64,000 nucleotides of DNA from Eledone cirrhosa (lineage: Eukaryota). How positions within the stretch are numbered: the stretch's first letter is position 1; each line of letters opens with the position of its first letter. The stretch is from NCBI GenBank assembly GCA_964016885.1, contig OZ024743.1:142972001-143036000 (forward strand), given 5' to 3'. Shown piece by piece: positions 46,201 to 56,450 of the stretch. The notes under the pieces were generated by a model. The model worked only from the letters and a program-made list of their open reading frames with translations, had not been told where the DNA came from and ran no database searches. The position numbers were made by a program, and so were the translations under genes.

Positions 46201-49200
46201 GGTGCTTTGGGCTTGGTGTTTGGTGTTTGGTGCTTGGTGCTTGGTGTTTGGTGTTTGGTGCTTGGTGCTTGGTGCTTGGTGCTTGCTGCTTGGTGCTTGG
46301 TGGCTGGTGTTTGGTGTTTGGTGTTTGGTGCTTGGTGCTTGGTGCATTGTGTTTTTGGCTTGGTGCTTGGTGATTGGTGCTTGGTGCCTGGTGTTTGGTG
46401 TTTGGTGTTTGGTGCTTGGTGCTTGGTGTTTGGTGTGTGGTGCTTGGTGCTTGGTGTTTGGTATTTGGTGCTTGATGCTTGGTGCTTGGTGCTTGGTGTT
46501 TGGTGCTTGGTGCTTGGTTCTTGGTGCTTGGTGCTTGGTGTTTGGTATTTGGTGCTTGGTGCTTGGTGCTTTGTGTTTGGTGCTTGGTGCTTGTTGTTTG
46601 TTGCTTGGTGCTTGGTGCTTGGTGTTTGGTGCTCGGTGCTTGGTGTTTGGTGTTTGGTGTTTGGAGCTTGGTGCTTGGTGCTTGGTGTTTTGTGCTTGGA
46701 GCCTGGTGTTTAGTGTTTGGTGCTTGGTGCTTGGTGTTTGGTGTTTGGTGCTTGGTGCTTGGTGTTTGGTGTTTGGTACTTGGTGCTTGGTGTTTGGTGC
46801 TTGGTGTTTGGTACTTGGTGCTTGGTGTTTGGTGATTGGTGTTTGGTGCTTGGTGCTTGGTGTTTGGTGTTTGGTGCTTGGAGCTTGGTGTTTGGTATTT
46901 GGTGCTTAGTGCTTGGTGTTTGGTGATTGGTGCTTGGTGCTTGGTGCTTGGTGTCTGGTGCTTGGTGCTTGGTGTTTGGTGTTTGGTGCTTGGTGCTTGG
47001 TGTTTGGTGTTTGGTGTTTGGTGCTTGGTGCTTGGTACTTGGTGTTTTGTGTTTGGTGCTTGGTGCTTGGTGCTTGGTGCTTGGTGTTTGGTGCTTGGTG
47101 CTTGGTATTTGGTGTTTGGCGGTTGGTGATTGGTGTTTGGTGTTTGGTGCTTGGTGTTTGGTGCTTGGTGCTTGGTGTTTGGTGTTTGGCGCTTGGTGCT
47201 TGGTGTTTTGTGCTTGGTGCTTGGTGCTTGGTGTTTGGTGTTTGCTGTTTGGTGTTTGCTATTTGGTGTTTGGTGTTTGGCGTTTGATGTTTGGCATTTG
47301 TTGTTTGTTGTTTGCTGTTTGGTGTTTGATGTTTGGTGTTTGGTGTTTGGTGTTTGCTGTTTGATGTTTGGTGATTGGTGTTTGATGTTTGGTGTTTGGT
47401 GCTTGGTACTTGGTGCTTGGTGCTTAGTGTTTTATGTTTAGCGCTTGGTGCTTGGTGTTTTGTGCTTGGTGCTTGGTGCTTGGTGTTTGGTGCTTGGTGC
47501 TTGGTATTTGGTGTTTGGTGCTTGGTTCTTGGTGTTTGGTGTTTGGTGCTTGGTGCTTGGTGTTTGGTGTTTGGTGTTTGGTGCTTGGTGCTTGGTGTTT
47601 GGTGATTGGTGCTTGGTACTTGGTGTTTGGTGCTCGGTGCTTGGTGCTTGGTGTTTCGTGCTTGGTGCTTGGTGTTTGGTGCTTGGTGCTTGGTGTTTTT
47701 TGCTTGGTGCTTGGTGCTTGGTGTTTGGTGCTAGGTGCTTGGTGTTTGGTGTTTGGTGCTTGGTGCTTGGTGCTTGGTGTTTGATGCTTGGTGCTTGGTG
47801 TTTTGTGTTTGGTGCTTGGTTCTTGGTGTTTGGTGTTTGGTGATTGGTGCTTGGTGTTTGGTGCTTGGTGTTTGGTGCTTGGTGCTTGGTGATTGGTGTT
47901 TGGTGCTTGGTGCTTGGTGTTTGGTGTTTGGTGCTTGGAGCTTGGTGTTTGGTGTTTGGTGCTTGGTGCTTGGTGTTTGGTGCTTGGTGCTTGGTGTTGT
48001 TGTTTGGTGCTTGGTACTTGGTGCTTGGTGTTTGGTGTTTGGTGTTTGCTGTTTGCTGTTTGGTGTTTGCTGTTTGGTGTTTGCTGCTTGGTGTTTGGTG
48101 TTTGGTGCTTGGTGCTTTGTTTTTGCTCTTTGGTGCTTTGTGCTTGGTGTTTGGTGTTTGGTGCTTTGTGCTTGGTGTTTGGTGTTTGGTGCTTTGTGCT
48201 TGGTGCTTGGTGCTTGCTGCTTGGTGCTTGGTGCCTGGTGTTTGGTGTTTGGTGTTTGGTGCTTGGTGCTTGGTGCTTTGTGTTTTTTGCTTGGTGCTTG
48301 GTGCTTGGTGCTTGGTGCCTGGTGTTTGGTGTTTGGTGTTTGGTGCTTGGTGCTTGGTGTTTGGTATTTGGTGCTTGGTGCTTGGTGCTTGGTGCTTGGT
48401 ATTTGGTGTTTGGTGCTTGGTGCTTGATGTTTGGTGTTTGGTGCTTCGTGCTTGGTGTTTGGTGCTTGGTGCTTGGTGTTTGGTGTTTGGTGTTTGGTGC
48501 TTGGTACTTGGTGTTTGGTGCTTGGTGCTTGGTGCTTGGTGCTTGGTGCTTGGTGTTTGGTGTTTAGTGCTTGGTGCTTGGTATTTGGTGTTTGGCGCTT
48601 GGCGCTTGGTGTTTGGTGTTTGGTGCTTGGTGCTTGGTGCTTGGTGTTTGGTGCTTGGTGCTTGGTGCTTGGTGTTTTGTGCTTGGTGGTTGGTGCTTGG
48701 TGTTTGGTACTTTGTTCTTGGTGTTTGGTGTTTGGCGCTTGGTGCTTGGTGTTTGGTGCTTGGTGCTTGGTGTTTGGTGTTTGGTGCTTGGGGTTTGGTG
48801 CTTGGAGCTTGGTGCTTGGTGCTTGGTTCTGGGTGCTTGGTGCTTGGTGCTTGGTATTTGGTGCTTGGGGCTTGGTGATTGGTGTTTGGTGCTTGGTGCT
48901 TGGTGCTTGGTGCTTGGTGTTTGGTGCTTGGTGTTTGGTGCTTGGTGCTTGGTGCTAGGAGTTTGGTGTTTGGTGTTTGGCGCTTGGTGCTTGGTGTTTG
49001 GTGATTGGTGCTTGGTGTTTGGTGTTTGGTGCTTGGTGCTTGGTGTTTGGTGTTTGGTGCTTGGCGCTTGGTGTTTGGTGTTTGGCGCTTGGCGTTTGCT
49101 GTTTGGCGTTTGGGATTTGGCATTTGCTGTTTGGCGTATGTGGTTTGGCATTTGCTTTTTGGCGTTTGCTGTTTGGTGTTTGGTGCTTGGTGTTTGCTGG

Positions 49201-49300
49201 TTGGTGTTTGGTGTTTTCTGTTTGCTGTTTGGTGTTTGCTGTTTGGTGTTTGCTGTGTGGTGTTTGGTGTTTGCTGTTTGGTGTTTGCTGTTTGGTGTTT
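43300..49300. repeat. Transition zone of the satellite, containing a ~2.4-2.5 kb duplication (about 43500-45630 vs 46010-47990) and a divergent single-copy stretch
   Basis: Offsets: 43623->46129 = 2506, 43973->46479 = 2506, 44337->46836 = 2499, 45068->47434 = 2366. Zone-specific variants: GGCACTTGG (~43513, ~46019), CTTTGGGC, GGTGGCTGG, GTGCATTG and GGCGGTTGG. Confidence 0.8.
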
Positions 49301-52300
49301 GATGTGTGGTGCTTGGTGCTTGGTGTTTGGTATTTGTTTCTTGGTGCTTGGTGCTTGGTGCTTGGTGTTTGGTGCTTGGTGCTTGGTGTTTGGTGCTTGG
49401 TGCTAGGTGTTTGGTGTTTAGTGCTCGGTGCTTGGTGTTTGGTGCTTGGTGCTTGGTGCTTGGGTTTGGTGGTTGTTGCTTGGTGGTTGGTGTTTGGTGC
49501 TTGGTGCTTGGTGCTCGGTGTTTGGTGCTTGGTGCTTGGTGTTTGGTGGTTGGTGCTTGGTGCTTGGTGCTTGGTGTTTGGTGCTTGGTACTTGGTGTTT
49601 GGTGCTTGGTGCTTGGGTTTGGTGGTTGTTGCTTGGTGTTTGGTGTTTGGTGCTTGGTGCTTGGTGCTCGGTGTTTGGTGCTTGGTGCTTGGTGTTTGGT
49701 GTTTGGTGCTTGGTGCTTGGTGCTTGGTGTTTGGTGCTTGGTACTTGGTGTTTGGTGTTTGGTGCTTGGTCCTTGGTGTTTGGTGTTTGGTGCTTGGTGC
49801 TTGGTGTTTGGTATTTGCTGTTTGCTGTTTGGTGTTTGGTGCTTGGTGCTTGGTGCTTGGAGCTTGGTGTTTGGTGTTTAGTGCTTGGTGCTTGGTATTT
49901 GGTGTTTGGTGCTTGGTGCTTGGTGTCTGGTGTTTGGTGCTTGGTGCTTCGTGTTTGGTGATTGGTGTTTGGAGATTGGTGTTTGGTGCTTGGTGTTTGG
50001 TGCTTGGTGTTTGGTGCTTGGTGCTTGGTCTTTGGTGTTTTGCGCTTGGTGCTTGTTTTTGATGGTTGGTGCTTGGTGTTTGGTGTTTGGTGCTTGGTGC
50101 TTGGTGCTTGGTTTTTGGTGCTTCATTCTTCGTGTTTGGTGCTTGGTGTTTGGTGTTTGGTGTTTGGTTCTTGGTGTTTGGTGCTTGGTGCTTGGTGCTT
50201 GGTGCTTGGTGCTTGATGCTTGGTGTTTGGTTCTTGGTGCTAGGTATTTGGTGTTTGGTGCGTGGTGCTTGGTGTTTGGTGCTTGGTGCTTGGTGCTTGG
50301 TGTTTGGTGCTTGGTTCTTGGTTCTTGGTGTTTGGTGCTTGGTGCTTGGTGCTTGGTGCTTGGTGCTTGATGCTTGGTGTTTGGTTCTTGGTGCTAGGTA
50401 TTTGGTGTTTGGTGCGTGGTGCTTGGTGTTTGGTGCTTGGTGCTTTGTGCTTAGTGTTTGGTGCTTGGAGCTTGTTGTTTGGTGTTTAGTGCTTGGTGCT
50501 TGGTGTTTGGTGTTTGTTGCTTGCTGTTTGGTGTTTGGTGTTTGGTGATTGGTGTTTGCTGTTTGGTGTTTGGTGTTTGTTGTTTCCTGTTGGCTGTTTG
50601 CTGTTTGATGTTTGGTGTTTGGCGCTGGGTGCTTGGTGCTTGGTGCTTGGTGTTTGGTGCTTGGTGCTTGGTGCTTGGTGCTTGGTATTTGGTGCTTGGT
50701 GCTTGGTGTTTGCTATTTGTTGTTTGGTGTTTGCTGTTTGGTGTTTGCTGTTTGGTGTTTGCTGTGTGGTGTTTGGTGTTTGCTGTTTGGTGTTTGCTGT
50801 TTGGTGTTTGATATGTGGTGCTTGGTGCTTGGTGTTTGGTATTTGTTTCTTGGTGCTTGGTGCTTGGTGCTTGGTGTTTGGTGCTTGGTGCTTGGTGCTT
50901 GGTGTTTGGTGTTTGGTGCTTGGTGCTTGGTGCTTGGTGTTTGGAGCTTGGTGCCTGGTGTTTGGTGCTTGGTGCTTGGTGCTTGGTGTTTGGTGCTTGG
51001 TGCTTGGGTTTGGTGGTTGTTGCTTGGTGGTTGGTGTTTGGTGCTTGGTGCTTGGTGCTCGGTGTTTGGTGCTTGGTGCTTGGTGTTTGGTGTTTGGTGC
51101 TTGGTGCTTGGTGCTTGGTGTTTGGTGCTTGGTATTTGGTGTTTGGTGTTTGGTGCTTGGTGCTTGGTGTTTGGTGTTTGGTGCTTGGTGCTTGGTCGTT
51201 TGGTGCTTGGTGCTTGGTGCTTGGTGTTTGGTGTTTGGTGTTTGCTGTTTGGTGTTTGGTGCTTGGTGCTTGGTGCTTGGAGCTTGGTGTTTGGTGTTTA
51301 GTGCTTGGTGCTTGGTATTTGGTGTTTGGTGCTTGGTGTTTGGTGTCTGGTGTTTGGTGCTTGGTGCTTGGTGTTTGGTGATTGGTGTTTGGAGATTGGT
51401 GTTTGGTGCATGGTGCTTGGTGCTTGGTGTTTGGTGCTTGGTGCTTGGTCTTTGGTGTTTGGCGCTTGGTGCTTGGTGTTTGATGGTTGGTGCTTGGTGT
51501 TTGGTGTTTGGTGCTTGGTGTTTGGTGCTTGGTGCTTCGTGTTTGGTGTTTGGTGCTTGGTGCTTGGTGTTTGGTGTTTGGTGCTTGGTGATTGGTTCTT
51601 GGTGTTTGGTGCTTGGTGCTTGGTGTTTGGTGTTTGGTGCTTGGTGCTTGGTGTTTGGTGCTTGGTGCTTGGTGCTTGGTGTTTGATGCTTGGTGCTGGT
51701 GCTCTGTACTTGGTGTTTGGTGCTTGGTGCTTGGTGCTTGGTGTTTGGTGTTTAGTGCTTGGTGCTTGGTGTTTGGTTTTTGGTGCTTGGTGCTTGGTGT
51801 TTGGTGTTTGGTGCTTGGTGCTTGCTGTTTGGCGTTTGGTGTTTGGCGTTTGCTGTTTGGCGTTTGGTGTTTGGTTTTTGATTATTGGCGTTTGCTGTTT
51901 GCTGTTTGGTGTTTGGTGTTTGCTGGTTGGTGTTTGGTGTTTGGTGTTTGCTGTTTGGTGTTTGCTGTTTGGTGATTGGTGTTTGCTGTTTGGTGTTTGG
52001 TGTTTGTTGTTTGCTGTTTGCTGTTTGCTGTTTGATGTTTGGTGTTTGGCGCTGGGTGCTTGGTGCTTGGTGCTTGGTGTTTGGTGCTTGGTGCTTGGTG
52101 CTTGGTGCTTGGTGCTTGGTATTTGGTGCTTGGTGCTTGGTGTTTGCTATTTGGTGTTTGGTGTTTGCTGTTTGGTGTTTGCTGTTTGGTGTTTGCTGTG
52201 TGGTGTTTGGTGTTTGCTGTTTGGTGTTTGCTGTTTGGTGTTTGATGTGTGGTGCTTGGTGCTTGGTGTTTGGTATTTGTTTCTTGGTGCTTGGTGCTTG

Positions 52301-55300
52301 GTGCTTGGTGTTTGGTGCTTGGTGCTTGGTGTTTGGTGCTTGGTGCTAGGTGTTTGGTGTTTAGTGCTCGGTGCTTGGTGTTTGGTGCTTGGTGCTTGGT
52401 GCTTGGGTTTGGTGGTTGTTGCTTGGTGGTTGGTGTTTGGTGCTTGGTGCTTGGTGCTCGGTGTTTGGTGCTTGGTGCTTGGTGTTTGGTGGTTGGTGCT
52501 TGGTGCTTGGTGCTTGGTGTTTGGTGCTTGGTACTTGGTGTTTGGTGCTTGGTGCTTGGGTTTGGTGGTTGTTGCTTGGTGGTTGGTGTTTGGTGCTTGG
52601 TGCTTGGTGCTCGGTGTTTGGTGCTTGGTGCTTGGTGTTTGGTGTTTGGTGCTTGGTGCTTGGTGCTTGGTGTTTGGTGCTTGGTACTTGGTGTTTGGTG
52701 TTTGGTGCTTGGTCCTTGGTGTTTGGTGTTTGGTGCTTGGTGCTTGGTGTTTGGTATTTGCTCTTTGCTGTTTGGTGTTTGGTGCTTGGTGCTTGGTGCT
52801 TGGAGCTTGGTGTTTGGTGTTTAGTGCTTGGTGCTTGGTATTTGGTGTTTGGTGCTTGGTGCTTGGTGTCTGGTGTTTGGTGCTTGGTGCTTCGTGTTTG
52901 GTGATTGGTGTTTGGAGATTGGTGTTTGGTGCTTGGTGTTTGGTGCTTGGTGTTTGGTGCTTGGTGCTTGGTCTTTGGTGTTTTGCGCTTGGTGCTTGTT
53001 TTTGATGGTTGGTGCTTGGTGTTTGGTGTTTGGTGCTTGGTGCTTGGTGCTTGGTTTTTGGTGCTTCATTCTTGGTGTTTGGTGCTTGGTGTTTGGTGTT
53101 TGGTGTTTGGTTCTTGGTGTTTGGTGCTTGGTGCTTGGTGCTTGGTGCTTGGTGCTTGATGCTTGGTGTTTGGTTCTTGGTGCTAGGTATTTGGTGTTTG
53201 GTGCGTGGTGCTTGGTGTTTGGTGCTTGGTGCTTGGTGCTTGGTGTTTGGTGCTTGGTTCTTGGTTCTTGGTGTTTGGTGCTTGGTGCTTGGTGCTTGGT
53301 GCTTGGTGCTTGATGCTTGGTGTTTGGTTCTTGGTGCTAGGTATTTGGTGTTTGGTGCGTGGTGCTTGGTGTTTGGTGCTTGGTGCTTTGTGCTTAGTGT
53401 TTGGTGCTTGGAGCTTGTTGTTTGGTGTTTAGTGCTTGGTGCTTGGTGTTTGGTGTTTGTTGCTTGGTGCTTGCTGTTTGGCGTTTGGTGTTTGGTTTTG
53501 GATTTTTGGCGTTTGCTGTTTGGTGTTTGGTGTTTGGTGTTTGCTGTTTGGTGTTTGGTGTTTGGTGATTGGTGTTTGCTGTTTGGTGTTTGGTGTTTGT
53601 TGTTTGCTGTTTGCTGTTTGCTGTTTGATGTTTGGTGTTTGGCGCTGGGTGCTTGGTGCTTGGTGCTTGGTGTTTGGTGCTTGGTGCTTGGTGCTTGGTG
53701 CTTGGTATTTGGTGCTTGGTGCTTGGTGTTTGCTATTTGTTGTTTGGTGTTTGCTGTTTGGTGTTTGCTGTTTGGTGTTTGCTGTGTGGTGTTTGGTGTT
53801 TGCTGTTTGGTGTTTGCTGTTTGGTGTTTGATGTGTGGTGCTTGGTGCTTGGTGTTTGGTATTTGTTTCTTGGTGCTTGGTGCTTGGTGCTTGGTGTTTG
53901 GTGCTTGGTGCTTGGTGCTTGGTGTTTGGTGTTTGGTGCTTGGTGCTTGGTGCTTGGTGTTTGGAGCTTGGTGCCTGGTGTTTGGTGCTTGGTGCTTGGT
54001 GCTTGGTGTTTGGTGCTTGGTGCTTGGGTTTGGTGGTTGTTGCTTGGTGGTTGGTGTTTGGTGCTTGGTGCTTGGTGCTCGGTGTTTGGTGCTTGGTGCT
54101 TGGTGTTTGGTGTTTGGTGCTATGTGCTTGGTGCTTGGTGCTTGGTGTTTGGTGCTTGGTACTTGGTGTTTGGTGTTTGGTGCTTGGTGCTTGGTGTTTG
54201 GTGTTTGGTGCTTGGTGCTTGGTCGTTTGGTGCTTGGTGCTTGGTGCTTGGTGTTTGGTGTTTGGTGTTTGCTGTTTGGTGTTTGGTGCTTGGTGCTTGG
54301 TGCTTGGAGCTTGGTGTTTGGTGTTTAGTGCTTGGTGCTTGGTATTTGGTGTTTGGTGCTTGGTGTTTGGTGTCTGGTGTTTGGTGCTTGGTGCTTGGTG
54401 TTTGGTGATTGGTGTTTGGAGATTGGTGTTTGGTGCATGGTGCTTGGTGCTTGGTGTTTGGTGCTTGGTGCTTGGTCTTTGGTGTTTGGCGCTTGGTGCT
54501 TGGTGTTTGATGGTTGGTGCTTGGTGTTTGGTGTTTGGTGCTTGGTGTTTGGTGCTTGGTGCTTCGTGTTTGGTGTTTGGTGCTTGGTGCTTGGTGTTTG
54601 GTGTTTGGTGCTTGGTGATTGGTTCTTGGTGTTTGGTGCTTGGTGCTTGGTGTTTGGTGTTTGGTGCTTGGTGCTTGGTGTTTGGTGCTTGGTGCTTGGT
54701 GTTTGATGCTTGGTGCTGGTGCTCTGTACTTGGTGTTTGGTGCTTGGTGCTTGGTGCTTGGTGTTTGGTGTTTAGTGCTTGGTGCTTGGTGTTTGGTTTT
54801 TGGTGCTTGGTGCTTGGTGTTTGGTGTTTGGTGCTTGGTGCTTGCTGTTTGGCGTTTGGTGTTTGGCGTTTGCTGTTTGGCGTTTGGTGTTTGGTTTTTG
54901 ATTATTGGCGTTTGCTGTTGGCTGTTTGGTGTTTGGTGTTTGCTGGTTGGTGTTTGGTGTTTGGTGTTTGCTGTTTGGTGTTTGCTGTTTGGTGATTGGT
55001 GTTTGCTGTTTGGTGTTTGGTGTTTGTTGTTTGCTGTTTGCTGTTTGCTGTTTGATGTTTGGTGTTTGGCGCTGGGTGCTTGGTGCTTGGTGCTTGGTGT
55101 TTGGTGCTTGGTGCTTGGTGCTTGGTGCTTGGTATTTGGTGCTTGGTGCTTGGTGTTTGCTATTTGGTGTTTGGTGTTTGCTGTTTGGTGTTTGCTGTTT
55201 GGTGTTTGCTGTGTGGTGTTTGGTGTTTGCTGTTTGGTGTTTGCTGTTTGGTGTTTGATGTGTGGTGCTTGGTGCTTGGTGTTTGGTATTTGTTTCTTGG

Positions 55301-56450
55301 TGCTTGGTGCTTGGTGCTTGGTGTTTGGTGCTTGGTGCTTGGTGTTTGGTGCTTGGTGCTAGGTGTTTGGTGTTTAGTGCTCGGTGCTTGGTGTTTGGTG
55401 CTTGGTGCTTGGTGCTTGGGTTTGGTGGTTGTTGCTTGGTGGTTGGTGTTTGGTGCTTGGTGCTTGGTGCTCGGTGTTTGGTGCTTGGTGCTTGGTGTTT
55501 GGTGGTTGGTGCTTGGTGCTTGGTGCTTGGTGTTTGGTGCTTGGTACTTGGTGTTTGGTGCTTGGTGCTTGGGTTTGGTGGTTGTTGCTTGGTGGTTGGT
55601 GTTTGGTGCTTGGTGCTTGGTGCTCGGTGTTTGGTGCTTGGTGCTTGGTGTTTGGTGTTTGGTGCTTGGTGCTTGGTGCTTGGTGTTTGGTGCTTGGTAC
55701 TTGGTGTTTGGTGTTTGGTGCTTGGTCCTTGGTGTTTGGTGTTTGGTGCTTGGTGCTTGGTGTTTGGTATTTGCTGTTTGCTGTTTGGTGTTTGGTGCTT
55801 GGTGCTTGGTGCTTGGAGCTTGGTGTTTGGTGTTTAGTGCTTGGTGCTTGGTATTTGGTGTTTGGTGCTTGGTGCTTGGTGTCTGGTGTTTGGTGCTTGG
55901 TGCTTCGTGTTTGGTGATTGGTGTTTGGAGATTGGTGTTTGGTGCTTGGTGTTTGGTGCTTGGTGTTTGGTGCTTGGTGCTTGGTCTTTGGTGTTTTGCG
56001 CTTGGTGCTTGTTTTTGATGGTTGGTGCTTGGTGTTTGGTGTTTGGTGCTTGGTGCTTGGTGCTTGGTTTTTGGTGCTTCATTCTTGGTGTTTGGTGCTT
56101 GGTGTTTGGTGTTTGGTGTTTGGTTCTTGGTGTTTGGTGCTTGGTGCTTGGTGCTTGGTGCTTGGTGCTTGGTGCTTGATGCTTGGTGTTTGGTTCTTGG
56201 TGCTAGGTATTTGGTGTTTGGTGCGTGGTGCATGGTGTTTGGTGCTTGGTGCTTGGTGCTTGGTGTTTGGTGCTTGGTTCTTGGTTCTTGGTGTTTGGTG
56301 CTTGGTGCTTGGTGCTTGGTGCTTGATGCTTGGTGTTTGGTTCTTGGTGCTAGGTATTTGGTGTTTGGTGCGTGGTGCTTGGTGTTTGGTGCTTGGTGCT
56401 TTGTGCTTAGTGTTTGGTGCTTGGAGCTTGTTGTTTGGTGTTTAGTGCTT
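49300..56450. repeat. ~2.94-3.01 kb higher-order period in domain II (about 2.4 copies)
   Basis: The identical minus-strand ORF 'MKHQKPSTKH...' lies at 49878, 52821 and 55834 (offsets 2943 and 3013). ORF starts 49306, 52249 and 55262 give the same offsets. Confidence 0.88.

Noticed and set aside
1-47460. CRISPR-like array (recurring landmark with intervening sequence)
   Set aside because: Intervening stretches are kb-long, made of the same heptamer and homologous to one another. There are no unique spacers, palindromic repeat, leader or cas genes.
47438-49123. Minus-strand ORFs (TKHQAPS repeats; also 18193-19866 and 42519-43841) as mucin-like or CTD-like heptad proteins
   Set aside because: They are the reverse complement of the satellite, opened by chance CAT variants. 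There is no signal peptide or unique sequence, and the heptad is unrelated to the RNA polymerase II YSPTSPS repeat.
51690-51705. E. coli Chi site (GCTGGTGG)
   Set aside because: Only near-matches (GCTGGTGC, GCTGGTGT) were seen, as expected from single changes in the monomer.
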